NCBI GenBank assembly: GCA_036172245.1
Contig: JAYWIR010000018.1
Span: 3,224,001-3,288,000, forward strand
DNA length: 64,000 nucleotides
Origin: Raillietiella orientalis
Taxonomy: Eukaryota
Reading direction: 5' to 3'
Made by a program: the position numbers and the translations under genes. The notes under the pieces were generated by a model. That model worked only from the letters and a program-made list of their open reading frames with translations. It was not told where the DNA came from and did not search any database. Shown here piece by piece: positions 63,961 through 64,000 of this stretch (position 1 is its first letter; each line of letters begins with the position of its first letter).

Positions 63961-64000
63961 GATCATCTTGCCGCTGGCTTCGTTACCTTTGGCCGATCCA

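Overview
Eukaryotic, probably invertebrate, genomic DNA in two compartments. About 1-48 kb is a GC/CpG-rich mosaic of broken transposable elements. It is dominated by many fragments, in both orientations, of an L1/Tx1-like non-LTR retrotransposon family (APE endonuclease, RT, C-terminal Cys/His motif, conserved 3' hairpin end). It also holds weaker RTE-like and copia-like remnants and an unclassified repeat module. About 48-64 kb is AT-rich genic DNA with an intact 8-exon La/SSB gene on the minus strand and, pointing the other way, an exon matching the KRAP/ITPRID IP3R-binding domain. The main discovery is a near-complete endogenous circular ssDNA (CRESS) virus genome at about 28.9-31.2 kb. 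It has Rep with RCR and SF3 motifs, a stem-loop origin with TTGTATTAC, an Arg-rich capsid N-terminus, a capsid C-terminal part, a TATA box and convergent poly(A) signals. The circle was opened inside the capsid gene and is interleaved with one LINE copy, each resuming roughly where it left off, which suggests capture by reverse-transcriptase template switching. All calls come from manual motif reading; no database searches were run and TE fragment boundaries are approximate.
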